This document shows positions 26,605 through 38,785 of a DNA stretch of 59,442 nt, piece by piece. The notes below the pieces were generated by a model. It ran no database searches, was not told the origin of the DNA, and was given only the letters and a program-made list of their open reading frames with translations. Each line of letters begins with the position of its first letter. Position 1 is the first letter of the stretch. The stretch is from Paraspadella gotoi. Its lineage: Eukaryota; Animalia; Chaetognatha. Made by a program: the position numbers and the translations under genes. The stretch covers positions 1 to 59,442 of the forward strand of contig JBJCIZ010000448.1 in assembly GCA_051294375.1 (NCBI GenBank), written 5' to 3'.

Positions 26605-28510
26605 CTGCTTTTTCTGTTTTTTGTTTGTTTCTTTTTAGCGCAAAACAAGACAAGGGTCGCCTTGCCCCTCCTCCGCTTGCAGTTTAACGTGACGAGAACT
26701 CGCCGCGACAAGGAAAAGAACGGCGTGATTTGGTAGAGAAGACAAGGATCTTTCGTTCGTGGCGAAGAAGAGCGTCGGCGGAGTGTTTCCAGCAAGGAGC
26801 GAACGATCTAAAGAAGAAGAGGGTAAATCGAATTGAAAGCGAGAGAGAGAGAGAGAGAGAGAGAGAGTGCTTTGCGTCAAAACTTTAGACTTTCTTTGGA
26901 GATTAAAAAGTTACGGTTTTGTTTATTATAAATATGAAAAAAAAAAAAAACGGAAAGGTGGGATCTTAATTCGATCGATACATGAACTAAAGCAAAAAAA
27001 GAAAACAAAATGAACAAATAAGTAATCAATCAATCCATTACCTTTTTTTCAGTTTGCGATCGGACGAGCGTCTTGGTCGAGAGCGAGGAGAGAGTGGCAA
27101 CGGTGACAAGAAAGAGAGAGCCCTAAAATAAAAGAAAAAAAGGAAAAAAATGACTTCGAATATAGATCCTAAGATATTTGGAGAGTTCACGTTTGAGGAA
27201 AATCAGGAATATTTAAAAAAAAAGAAAATGGTAACGTTTAACGACGCAAAATCGATTAAAAAAACTCTCTGCATTGGATAGAAAAATTTTACGATGCTTT
27301 CTATCATTTGAAAAGATTTCGCAAAAAGATACACGACCCTTCGTCTCTTATCAGAGGCTTCTCTTACTTAAGAGAGGTTCTAAACGACGAATCGTTGCAT
27401 AGTAACAACAACAACAACAACAACAATAACCTCGAATCGAGCGAAAAAAAAAGGGAAGAAAAAATAAAGCGAAAAAAAAATGTCACCTCAAATCACGTGA
27501 CGAGTTAGAGAACAAGGAACAAGAAACGAAGACCGCCGTCTCAACATCGTCCTCCTCTCCGCCGGGCGAGGAGATTTGGATCCCCGAAATGGGTGATGTC
27601 GTGTCGAGAATTTTCATTAGACGAACGACGACGTCCCGTCGACGGTAAACGACGTGACTCTTCTGAAAAAACAAACAAGGCGAGAATCGTTCTAAAAAAG
27701 GACGCCGAAAAAGAACCGCCTTTAAGGAAATGACGGAGTCGTGGTTTAAAAAATACGGAACTCAATTATCAAGCAAGAGTCAAATAGCGTTACTGCGCCT
27801 GTTTCAAAGTCTACCTCGATGTTATGGAGAAGAATTAATGTATCGTCGAGGAAGTGGTAATTCGACAAAGATGTTTCATGCGGCCCGGTAAATAAATATG
27901 TTGAGGCGACTTCCACAGATTTGCTATCTTACTCTTAAATATACATTTAACATAAATAATTGCTCTCACCTTTTTTCTTCCTTCTTCGCTCTCTCCTGTT
28001 CCGCACGCTCGATCGATCCTTTGTTGACGAGTCAAGATCGTAGGAGGAGGCGGTCGAGTGTGGTGTCCTCTCTCTAGTTTTTTTTTTCCTTTTTCTAAAA
28101 AAAAGGACAATGAGATTAAAACGAAAAAAGAAATCAATTATTACGGGAAATATCAAACAAATAATATTTGTACATAACTAATAATATAATAAATAAAATA
28201 AAATTAACATTTTATTAATGAAAAACAATAGAGAATTCATATATATATTTATTTAAATTACCTTGTTGTTTCTGAGAATGTGCGAAGGTCGAAAATAAAA
28301 AACGGCAGAGAAAAAAATAAAAAATACCGGTGTCGAAGAGAAAAAAAATAGAGAGTGAAAAAGTTTTGATTGACTGGGAAGTACTTTTCAGAAAAAAAAA
28401 TCCCGAAAGATTTTTCATTTTCCTTGCTTTTTTTTTTTCTTTTCTCTCTTTTTTCGACTCTGCCGCTTTGCTCACAAAACGAAGTGGCGAGGTGTCCGAC
28501 TCTGGTCTGA
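26605..28510 (-). other. Putative spliced non-coding leader exons (~28508-28262, ~28095-27970, 27122-27042, 26807-26605)
   Basis: Donors AAG|GTAATT (28261), AAG|GTGAGA (27969), AAG|GTAATG (27041), CAG|GTAAGA (26604). The last three segments have pyrimidine-tract/AG acceptors and contain no ATG. Confidence 0.45.
27150..27900 (+). CDS. Hypothetical protein, frameshifted
   Basis: MTSNIDPKIFGEFTFEENQEYL... continuing as HWIEKFYDAFYHLKRFRKKIHDPSSLIRGFSYLREVL across homopolymer shifts; no recognisable domain. Confidence 0.35.
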
Positions 28511-28550
28511 AGGTAAAAAAAAAAACTCGCGGTCCTCTTTTATAACGCGC
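28500..28550 (-). promoter_or_regulatory. TATA box (TATAAAAG, 28544-28537) with TCAGAC initiator-like motif ~35 nt downstream
   Basis: Reverse strand reads GCGCGTTATAAAAGAGGACCGCG...CCTTCAGACC at the head of the leftward gene block. Confidence 0.5.
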
Positions 28551-29155
28551 CAAAAACCGAAGCTCGTCCTACCTTCTCCTTCCTCGCCCCGGTCCGGTGG
28601 TCGTCTTGTCGTCTTTAGGGGGTCTATTTCGTCGATGGAGGGAAGGGGTTGCTGAGATCATGCGTGTCGAGAGAGGAAGACCGTGACAACGGACGAGATC
28701 AACGCTTATGGTCTTCTTCTTTTTATCTCCGGTTTTGATTGAAAATCAAAACCTTATTTCCTCGAATGAACTCTGAACGAAATTTCGGTGAGAAAAATAA
28801 ACATAAGATGGACGACCGTCATTGCCTTCGACGTGAATGGATACCGTCTCTTATTCTCTGGGAGGGGGGGGGGGGATAGCGCGATTAATGAGAATTCAAT
28901 GTGAAAAGGACTCATCGTCGTCGTCATCGGAATAAACTCCTCTCTGTGATTTCATCCGGTTACGGGTTTCTATTTGAATTTCTTACTGCGACCTCTAAAA
29001 CGGGATTTATGAGAAGTTAATAATACAAACAACAAAACCACCCTCGTATTTGTCTCTCTTCTCTCTCTCTCCTCTCTCTCTCTCTCTCTATCATCGACGC
29101 GGTGACTCTTTTATATTCGTTTCCATTCCCCTCTCCTCTCCTCTCTCAATGTCCC

Positions 29156-29191
<36 letters not shown>

Positions 29192-29379
29192 CCTTCGTTC
29201 TTTTTCCATCCGGAGTAGGAAGACGCGTCCTGGGGAGAGGAGGAGGAGAGGAGAGTGAGTGGTGGGTAGGGGGTAAGCGAAAAGTAAGGGGAGGGGGAGG
29301 GGAGATGGAAAATAAAGGAAAAAGGTAAATAGAGGGGGAAGGAAACGAAGAGGGGGGGGGAAGTAGTTTGAGTCTAACC

Positions 29380-29576
29380 CGCCGCAGCCCGCCGCGCCCG
29401 CCGCAGCCCGCCGCGCGCCGGCGCCCGCGGCCGCCGACGCGGCGCCGCGCCCGCGCGCGCCCCGCCGCCGCGCGCCGCCGCCGCCTGCGGCCGCGGCCGC
29501 CGGCGGGCGGAGCACCCCCGCCCCCCGGCGGGCACCGCCCGCGCGCCGGCGGCGGCGGGGGGGGGGGGGGGGGGCT
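29380..29576. other. ~200-bp almost pure G+C island between the divergent gene blocks, flanked by (CT)n and (GA)n tracts
   Basis: CCGCCGCAGCCCGCCGCGCC... ending in a long G run; (CT)n at ~29053-29190 and (GA)n at ~29650-29682. Confidence 0.6.
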
Positions 29577-29647
29577 TTATATTTCCTTTTAATTTTGTAA
29601 CTTTTAACTTTTAACTTTTTAAAAGTTCGAGAGAGCGAGCGAGCGAC

Positions 29648-29683
<36 letters not shown>

Positions 29684-29737
29684 CATGCCCGGATCGGTCC
29701 CTATCTTTTTTTTTCTTTCTTTCTTTCTTTCTTAGAT

Positions 29738-31835
29738 ATGATGTCAGGTTCTATGTAGCTGTTAGAAGTATATTAGCGGTAGTATCGAGATCATTTATTC
29801 TGTTGTGTCACGACGCGAGTGGGAAATCGTATCTGAGCTTTGCCGCCGTAATATGCGACTTGTTGAATCGTGTTCTCATCTTTATGCTGCGTCGGCCGAT
29901 TGAAGTTATCTGGTTTGCTCGATCGCGCCGTATTACAGTTGTCGAGTCGAGTCTCGGCGACGCAGACCCGACTTCAGGAGGCCTAGAAGACGTGGAAGGT
30001 AGAGAGTAGGCGGATGAAGGAAGGAGCGAGAGAGCGGAGGAGACGGCTCGAGGTGAATTCGAACGATGACGGACGTGAATGCGAGGACATGTACGGGAGA
30101 AACATTAGCTCTGTGGCGTATCATCTCTTCATAATGAGCGTTCTTGCGAAGAAGGGAAGACAGCAGGGAGTAAGATTTTCAAACGATATTCTGGGATGCT
30201 GGCGGTCGTGCGACGTACCTGGCGTACCGGGAAGTATTTTCGGTTACGCTGACATTCAGCATTTCGACTGGTGTATTATAATTAACTTATTTAGCGACAG
30301 TTAGAGACCTTGATAGATCGATCTTTAATATAACGGATCTGTCAGAGGAGGATATGGAACGTGACGAACGGAGAGAAGCAGCTGAGAATGTGTGTCGCCT
30401 AAGAGGGAGTCATACCGAGATGACGAATGCATGCCTGGTTTCCTAAATGACGATGTACAGCTCAACACTAATCAGTATTAACAGATTATTCAAATGAGAG
30501 AGGGGACCACGAAGAAGGACCCGAGACAGACTACCATCCTACTCTCGGAAGGACGAAAAGCGACAAACGCGAGAGGGAATCTGGAAAGCGAAGTCGTTTC
30601 CGAGGACGAGGACGTTTCGACGCGTCAACTCGAGAACGACAGAAAAACGACGTCTCTATTTTAACAAAAGTTTCGCTCCCGACGAGGCTGTCAAGAGAAT
30701 GCTGAGGTTAGAAGATCCTCCCTTGAGAAGACTGCGCTATCTCGCCCTATCGAAGAGGGGGAGGAGGAAGGAGGGAGATACTCGCGACGACGGACCAACA
30801 ACCACCGCTAAATCGAGATCGAGATCGAACAAGAAGGGAGGGGCTTATAATTTACGAAGCTCTAGTTCTAGATTAAGAGAAACAGGAAGGACGACCGACG
30901 AACACGACAAAAAGTAGCGACAATAACGGTAACAACAACAAAAAACGAAACGGAGCGGGGACGTGGGTGACAGCGTGACGACGGGTAAAGACGTCGAGGA
31001 AGAACGTATAAACTAACGACGAGGGGGTGACAGGGCGACAATGACGCGGAGGGAGGTTAACAAACCCACCCCCTCATCTTCCGACGGACGTGAGAGAGAA
31101 GAAAGGGAAAGGGGAGATGTCGAACTCAAGCGCAACTGCATCATCGTTTTCGACGATGCCTTTGTCATCAACTCGTCTCTGTCATCTCGCGGTGACAAAG
31201 GAGAGAGCGGCGTCGTCAATACAAAACGTCTTACGGAGTTTTATGTGAATTTTTTTAGTCAGATTAGTCATCATTTAAATTTTAATAGTATAACTATTTC
31301 GCAATCGGCGTCCTCGTCCTCGAAGGGCGGTTCCGGTCTTTTGAATTCGGCGCTCAAAAGAATAAAGATAGACCAACACGGGTATGTTTTATACGGCAGT
31401 TTGGCGAGCGAGTCGAGGTTCCTTTTGAGTTCGCTTGCGAGCGGCGAGAAGTACGCCTCTTTGAAAGCCGTCTTCAACAACGCTACGCAGAATGTAGAGA
31501 CGGAACCTGGATTGTTTCGTCACAAGCTTCCCTATCTCGTCTTCGCGACTAACAACTCCACGCTGGATTCTTTGAAATATAGGTACATTTATTTGTTTTG
31601 TTTTTTTTGTTGTCTCTCTCTCTCTCTCTCTCAATATATATATATTTTGTTCTTTCAACCTTAAACGTGATTAATTTAACCTCCTCTTCCTTTTCCTCCT
31701 CTTCCTCTCTCTTCTCTCTCTCCTCTCTCTCTCTCTGTCTTGTCAAGAACGAATCTCTTTAACTTGGATCGGGAAAATTCTTCGTTTCCTTTTCTCCCGC
31801 AAACGGTGCTCTCGTATACTCACGACCTTGATTGA
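29738..31835 (+). CDS. A32/FtsK-like DNA packaging ATPase (5' half error-ridden, long insert between Walker A and B)
   Basis: Walker A-like FIL..ASGKSYL (~29790-29835), Walker B CIIVFDDA, Polinton ATPase motif FSQISHHLNFNSITISQ, and C-terminal LPYLVF...KYR|TNLF joined by intron 31583-31747. Confidence 0.82.
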
Positions 31836-31887
31836 TTTTGAAAATAAAAAACTAAAAAAAAAAAAAACTAAAAAAAAATCTGAGAGA

Positions 31888-33604
31888 ATGACGGTGGAGA
31901 GCGATAACAACGATGCTTCTTGGTTGGTTGACCGTTAAAGAAGAAAATCTAAAATAGAAAAGAACCACGTAAACGATTCTTATTTTCCATTCCCTAAAGA
32001 AACAGAATTGCTTTTAAAAACGGTCGATTACCCATCAGTTTGGCTCCGTTGATAGAACCGCCAATTCACACTCTTCGCTATTTTACTCCGCAGAGACTCT
32101 CAACGTCATATTTTGACAACGACAACTGCCTTCCCTCCCTATCTCGTCACAATTATCTCCCAGTTTCCGGTTTTTTCCCTTTAAAACTTTCCGGTTTGTG
32201 CGATGTTCATAGCCGATCGCATTTCGCACGTCGCTTACACTATCCTTCTTGCGTGCGACTACAAATTCGAGGGCTGTCTACCGGGATTCCACAAGCTGTT
32301 CGACGAATCGTCTCCGAAAAAAACTCGCAACTGGTGTTCTCCTTTGGAGGACGCCTCGAGGAGAGAGAGAGAAATTGCGCCTTTAATAACGAAAGACGAA
32401 TCCCAGATCACGTGCTCGAAAACGAGTGTCACACACCATTCTTCTACGAAACAGATCGCTTTTGTGACAACTACGTCTCCGAAATCAATTTGAGCGAACT
32501 CGTGGAAAACGACAAACAGTTAATTCATTGCTTCAAGTCTCTGTTAATCCCCCGAGATTATGAACTATGCCCTGGCGATGCTTTCAACAATTTTCAAATC
32601 CACCGAAGATGTTTCGATCGACCGAATTCGTTCAGCCGCTTCGCTCTGGACCAGCTTCGAATCGGCATCGTTTAACATCTTCACTCTTCTCCTCCCCTCC
32701 GTACAGCGGCCTTCATACCATCTTGTCGGAACGGAGCCGCCTTGAAATCGTCTCTCGATCGACGTCTGAACCCTTGCCCGCGGGAACTGGCAAAAAAACT
32801 GCCGGACACCAGATTCCGACAAGAACGCAGAGTCGTTACGTAAGTAATTGTAGCGATACTAGTAATATAAATAGTAATAATTAATAATAATGACCCTCCC
32901 TCAATTACAGATGGGAGGATTCCGAGCTTATCAGGAGCGACAAGGGCATTGGCCGCCCACGGATGTCTCAACTCCCTTCATGCCTCGAGTCGTAGCCGAT
33001 CCTCGTTTTGTATGGAAATTCCGATCCCGACTGCTCCAATCGTTCGTGACGAGCGTCCCTCTGAATACCATCGATTGTCACGATGCGCGTTCTTGGAGAA
33101 ATAGGTGAGAGTTGTTTTGGTATACAGGTATTGTATATCTTTAATTTTTTTTTCGCTTTGGTCTGCCTAACTCCTCATATTTAACTCGATTCGTTTGCAG
33201 GGCTTTTAGCCTGCATGCATATTTTTTGATCGATGAAGTGAGATCAAAGAACGTCATCGCTCTCGTAGGTATGAACGAATGTGAGGGTGAACTCTTTACA
33301 GCGACCGCTTTTTAAAGAAGACCTGCTTGTATGATTGACCGAAGAAAGTATGACATGTTCAGCTTCGCATTGAGCGTACATCTCGACTGTAACCTTCTCC
33401 AAACACCCTAACGATCGTATTTCGAGAAGACGTCGCCTCTCCTCCCACGAATCCATGCTTCCCCAGCAAGAGTTGGAATGGTTCCTGACACCTCACCAAG
33501 AGGAAGCGATGGATGTCGACCCTGCTGGACGTTGGGGCTTTAGAGAGGATGTCGCTTCTCGTCCCTCGAGTGGCCCGTCGAAAGAACAGTTTACACAATT
33601 CTAA
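31888..33604 (+). CDS. Hypothetical protein, 3 exons, a few frameshifts
   Basis: ATG 31888; ORFs 32040-32675 and 32890-33108; introns 32840-32910 and 33105-33200 (the second gives in-frame WRNR|AFSL); stop 33602-33604. Confidence 0.55.
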
Positions 33605-33691
33605 CTGGCGAGTAGTCGACTAACAAACAAACAAATACAAAAATAAATACAAAAACATCGATTTAAATCCTCTCCTTTATTTTTTCTTTCA

Positions 33692-35165
33692 GGATCGATC
33701 TTGACGGTTCGGACGAAAGAGTCTGGTTCGATCGCTGCCCCCTGTTCGCTGGACCTCCTTCGAAGACTTCGATGGAGGCCCGTGCCACTACTTTACGTCG
33801 CGCAAAATGTCAAGGAACCCTCTCAAGAGTACGAGCGAGATCGACACTTACCCATCGGGACGATCGGTTTTTTCGGACGTTCGGGGACCCGTACAATACC
33901 CACTTTGCTGTATCCTATACAATTAATATTATTACTTACAGGATATTTATACATTATATAATATGTATTATNNNNNNNNNNNNNNNNNNNNNNNNNGATC
34001 CTCCTTCCGAAAACTTCGAGGAGCTGCCCAGTGCACATAACTTTACGTCGCGCAAAATGTCAAGAGAACCACCTTCCAGAGTACGAGCGAGATTCGACAC
34101 TTACCCATCGGGATTCGGTTTTTCAGACGTTCGGGGACCCGCGTTACAATAAGCCCACTTTGCTGTATCCTTACAATATAATATTATTACCTTACAATAT
34201 TTATACATTAATTATAATTAATATTGTCATATATATATACATATATTGACTTTACTACTTTACCTCAGTAGGTCGCAACCCGTTACTGCGTCAGCGCGGA
34301 ATTGATCACGAATCTACAGCGATTGGGTTCTTACGAGGTCGCGGGGCGTATCTATGCAGCAGGCAAGTCGTCTCTCTCTCTCTCTCTCACTCTCTCTCTC
34401 TCTCTACTTTTTGGATTTATTTCTTTTATTTTAGATTCCCCGGTTGCGAGAAAACCTGGAAAAGTTACAAAGAGGAGGTTAGACATTGTCTGGATAGAGG
34501 ACTCTCCGACGAGCAAAGATGTGCTCCGTGTTCAAGGTATTACACATTAGACTGTTCAAGTTCTTTGATTAAGTTTTGAACATTAAATATTTTATAGTAA
34601 AACAAAAAATGTCTAACATTTGTATCATATGAGATTATTATTTTTTATCTCTCTCTCTTCTCTGGGATTATTAAAATTTACAGAGAATACATCGTCTACT
34701 GAAAAAATATCAGACCAAACACAATTCGAATGATATATTAAACAACCGAAGTCAACTAAACGATCGTTCTAGCGAGGAACGAGAGTGGCTCGACGTGTGA
34801 GGGGCGTTTATCCATGACCATGGATCAGGAAACGATCAAGTCCATTTTGAGTGTCGCGTCGGCGACTACTGTATAATCAAACGATCCTCACAACATTTCA
34901 TTTATTATCGATCCAGTTCGCTGGAAATTGCGACATCGGTTTCGAATCGAAAAAATCCCTGTCAAAATACGTTTTATTGGCAGAGCGTTTTTAAGCACGA
35001 AGGCGGTTTTAGATCAAACCCGACGATGATTTTAGAATGTACGTAAATTTCAGCGCTCCGGGGGTTGGGTTGACGGTTAAATTCACTCATATGGGCTCCA
35101 TTCCAGTTTTACCCATCTTGATCTCTCAATTCGAGACTTCCCATTCGTTTATTCCAACTATGTAG
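33692..35165 (+). CDS. Hypothetical multi-exon gene
   Basis: Acceptor TTTCTTTCAG at ~33692. Coding-like pieces (FPGCEKTWKSYKEEVRHCLDRGLSDEQRCAPCS; MDQETIKSILSVASAT...) separated by AT/CT-rich intron-like segments. Confidence 0.4.
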
Positions 35166-35387
35166 ATACGAAATCTTGAAGGCCGTCCGTTAAAATAGGT
35201 CCGATGTCACTGTCGACGATTATATATCGTTTTTTCATGCATTTCAAAATACTTTCCCCCTACGCTATGCACCATTTACATTTTGAGTGATGATTTAAAA
35301 TAATCGGAAAATAAATAAGAAAGTAATTTTGTTTCTCTCTTGCTCTCTTTATTTAATAGTACTTAAAAGTAAATTCTGCCACTAATA

Positions 35388-36760
35388 ATGATTTCAGAGC
35401 GGAATTTGGAAAGACTGAAACTTATTAAGTCTGATTTGCAAAAAACTTCGCAGAAAAAAAAACCCAGCTCGTTAATCTCACCCTCGCCCTATGTCTACAG
35501 GTAATCTCTCTCTCTCTCTCTCTCTAAAGAGCAAATAACTCGGATCGTTTATTTATTTGTTTCTCAGGCACTTTATTATCAACGAATTTGACTTTCTTCA
35601 TATAGACGTTACTTCTGAGACTATTGGACGAACAAAATAAAAACCGTCTTCGCAACAGGATCGACAGCAGGACAGTACGGCAGAGCAGGACTTACCGATG
35701 GATGATAACGCGACGTCCATCAAAGAATAAAATGAAAGAACATCTTTTTGATGAGACCGACAAGACCGATTACGACGAGCACAGACATGATCGTAAGGAC
35801 AAAAAAGGAGGATTATTGACGGGTAACCGACAAAGAAAGGCGACTGACAGCGATGAAAATCTCTTCACGACACTATCGACTCGATATTACACAACAAGGA
35901 TTTTTCGATGCGCGACAAGTCAGAGCTGTATAAGAGGCGAAATTAAAAATGGCAGAATCGTATGATTTTTTATAAAAAAAAAAGTCTGTACTCCACCTTC
36001 GACAAGTCTCTCTCTTTCGGCGGGCGAAGAGGGAGAAAAGATCCTCCCCCAATCTCGATAACCCGCCGAGAAGACGAGGGTGATCGTCAACAGTCGTCTC
36101 TCAACCGACTCGTAGTGCAAACCGCAGCGGTTTCAGCAGCAGCGATTCCGACAGCAGCGAATGCAGCTCCGATCTGTTACGGGTATAACGACGAAACTAA
36201 CGACGAAGACGACGAGACTCGACCAACAATGACAACGAGGAACGACGGGAAGTGGGCGAAAGTGGAGAGGTGGAAATGAGCGATGCCTCGAACGTTGAGA
36301 CCTCCTCTCGCCCAAATAGGAAAAAAAAATTTCAGTAATTATCGCAGGTGTTAATTTGATTCAGGTGAGGTTAGTTTATTTATGTCATGTCAAACAACCG
36401 ACTAGTACAAATTTAACTTCTACTTGTTTTGATTTAATCGTCAGGGCTTTAAATGTAATCGGAGAGACTCGACGGGACTACAAAAAGAAACATTAAACAA
36501 ACAGCTAAACTTCTCCAAAACACATGATTCGAATCTTCGCGACACAAGGATTGAACTAAAAGGAACTACTTGATTATGTTTAAAAAATGGGAGAAAGAAA
36601 TGTTTCGGATGTCGTTGGAGAAGGCTAGCCTGTTTAACTCTTACAAGATCACAAATATATAAATTTTTGTATTTTTCTAGTTTAAACGGCAAATTGAACG
36701 TTTTAAAGGTAGCGAGAAAGATTTGTTGACAAAACTTTGTCAAAATCGAACATAAAACCT
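35388..36760 (+). CDS. Hypothetical spliced coding region; may be a long N-terminal extension of the integrase
   Basis: ATG 35388 after an acceptor at 35359; intron CAG|GTAATC...TCTCAG at 35501-35567; charged low-complexity ORFs 35624-36279. Confidence 0.35.
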
Positions 36761-36771
36761 AAAAATATCCC

Positions 36772-38765
36772 ATGCCGAGCGATTCGCGTTATATGCAGAA
36801 AAAAATGACATTTTCTATTTTGTATTATAGTTTTTTTTCTTTTGTAATTTTCGCCATGCTCTATCAAGGGGAAGAGAAAAGATTTAAATCCTTTATCGTC
36901 TATATAGAACGTTTAATTCGCCGTTGTCTCCAGAGAATCAACCCAGAAAACGAAAACGCTAAGAAATATAAAGACTTGAAAAGTGACTGTTCGCGAATAA
37001 TTGGATTTAAAATGGAGAGTCTGAGTCGACTGCAGAACGTCACGAACGAGAATTAGAGGAAAACGAACTTATTCTTTTCGTAAATATGTGACATTTTGTT
37101 CCTTTCACACAATCGCCGGAGATCTAGGTATAATCGATTAAATATATTTTTTTATTTTTTTTTTTTACCTTTTAAAATTTTTTCAGCTTTTACCTCAATT
37201 ACGGGATCACAACAAGAATCACACTGTAATCTTGGTATTGCTCGATTTGAATAGTCGGTTCTGTAGTCTTCTCGACTCAGAAAGGGCAAAGGCTTCGGGA
37301 CCCTAAAGAACTTTGAAAAGGCATTACGAACCGATTTATAGCTTCAAGACCCTAAGAAATCATTCAAGTATTCTAACGAATACAGCTGTACTCTGCAATT
37401 AATTTTTTTGGTTTGTTTTATGAAAGCAATTTCTATATTTACTGATAGTTGTCGATATTTATGTCTTAAGAGGGAATAAACCATATTTTTCTCTCAGTGA
37501 AGGCTATGAACTTGTTTAGGAGGATCTGCCTCCTTTAAATTAAAAATATAATAAAAAATTCAAAAAGAACAAATTAATAACACTGGTATCACCTTACCTC
37601 TATACTCATTCACAATCAATATCATCGTAAATAAGAAGCAAATCTCAGAAAGTATGAATATGACACATAATTAAAATGGAACTTAATTACCGTGGGAAAG
37701 TGCCATATTCCGTACGTACCATGTAGACCCTATATATTAGATTTATATTTTATGTGGCTTTCCAATTTAGAATAGTTATCTCTCGCAAAAGTCAATGCTA
37801 TATGATATTATTTCATTGTTACCAGGATACAGTTGGTCCCAAATTCAAGAGCAATCTTCAATTATTCGCATAGACCCACGATTTAATCAACAGCAGTAAT
37901 ACCTGACGTGTAATATGAATTATCAGCAATTTAACTTTAATTAGATGGAATGAGATGACTTTCTCAATTGTATTTAAAACACGCACAAACCACAGTTGCT
38001 TACATATGTATCGGGATCCTTGGTGCAGATGGCCTATACTCCTTTGGCCTTACAATCCGATTAAGAGATTTCTCTCGGTTCGGATTCACTCCCGTAGTAA
38101 ATTTCCTTAAATCTAATAAACTCTTAATTTATAGAAATTCGTAACAAATGATGCTCAGGAAAGCCGTTGTTTCCCTTTTAAACAAAAAAGCCGGGGAAAC
38201 TTGGGACAGTTTCGAGGACATTCAACGGAAGGCGAAAAATATTTTTTCCAAGATCCCTACTACTGAAATTTTAAAGGAAGGTGATCTCGTGCTCCTAATT
38301 CTTCCGGTTAAGAAATTTCGAAAGGAAGCTTCTGTTTTCTATCCTCGCTTTTCCAAAAAAATTTTCACTATCGAATCAGTCGACAGAACCTATTTCCCCA
38401 GAAGATATAAACTTAAAGAGTTTGACGATTCGAAAAGAAAGTTTTACGACTTTGAATTGAACAAAGTCCGTCCGATACAATCATCATCCGCGGATCGTCT
38501 GAGCACGACCGCCTCGGACGAGATATCCCCCAACCAGTCGGTATCGGTTAAGGACGTTGAAGTTCTGTCTGATCAATCCGTGTCGCTTAGATCCGGACGA
38601 GTTTTGCCAGGTCGCGAGAGGGTTATTTATACTGTACAGAGAGAAGGAAGGGAGGAGAGAGTCTTCCCTCAAGTGTTAAAGAAATATGTTAAGGTTTTAG
38701 GGAAAAACGTTTTGAAATATAGCGACGTTTTTAAAACCCCTGAAAAGCGAAAGTACATAATATAA
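36772..38765 (+). CDS. int: Retroviral-like (rve/DDE) Polinton integrase; centre (~37340-38050) degraded or poorly sequenced
   Basis: RTYSFRKYVTFCSFHTIAGDL|..LPQLRDHNKNHTVILVLLDLNSRF (first catalytic Asp; intron 37128-37186), YN..GFTP, and the typical C-terminal EGDLVLL..KKFRKE..PRFSKKIFTIESV..RRYKLKE..KFYDFELNKV. Confidence 0.88.
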
Positions 38766-38785
38766 TATAGATTTTAACATTTAAC

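Noticed and set aside
29111-29686. Ala/Gly/Arg-rich 191-aa ORF
   Set aside because: Product of the stop-free GC island and microsatellites; no coding signature.
33753-34250. ~240-bp tandem direct repeat
   Set aside because: The two copies flank an N gap (33972-33996) and differ by indels; typical unmerged contig overlap.
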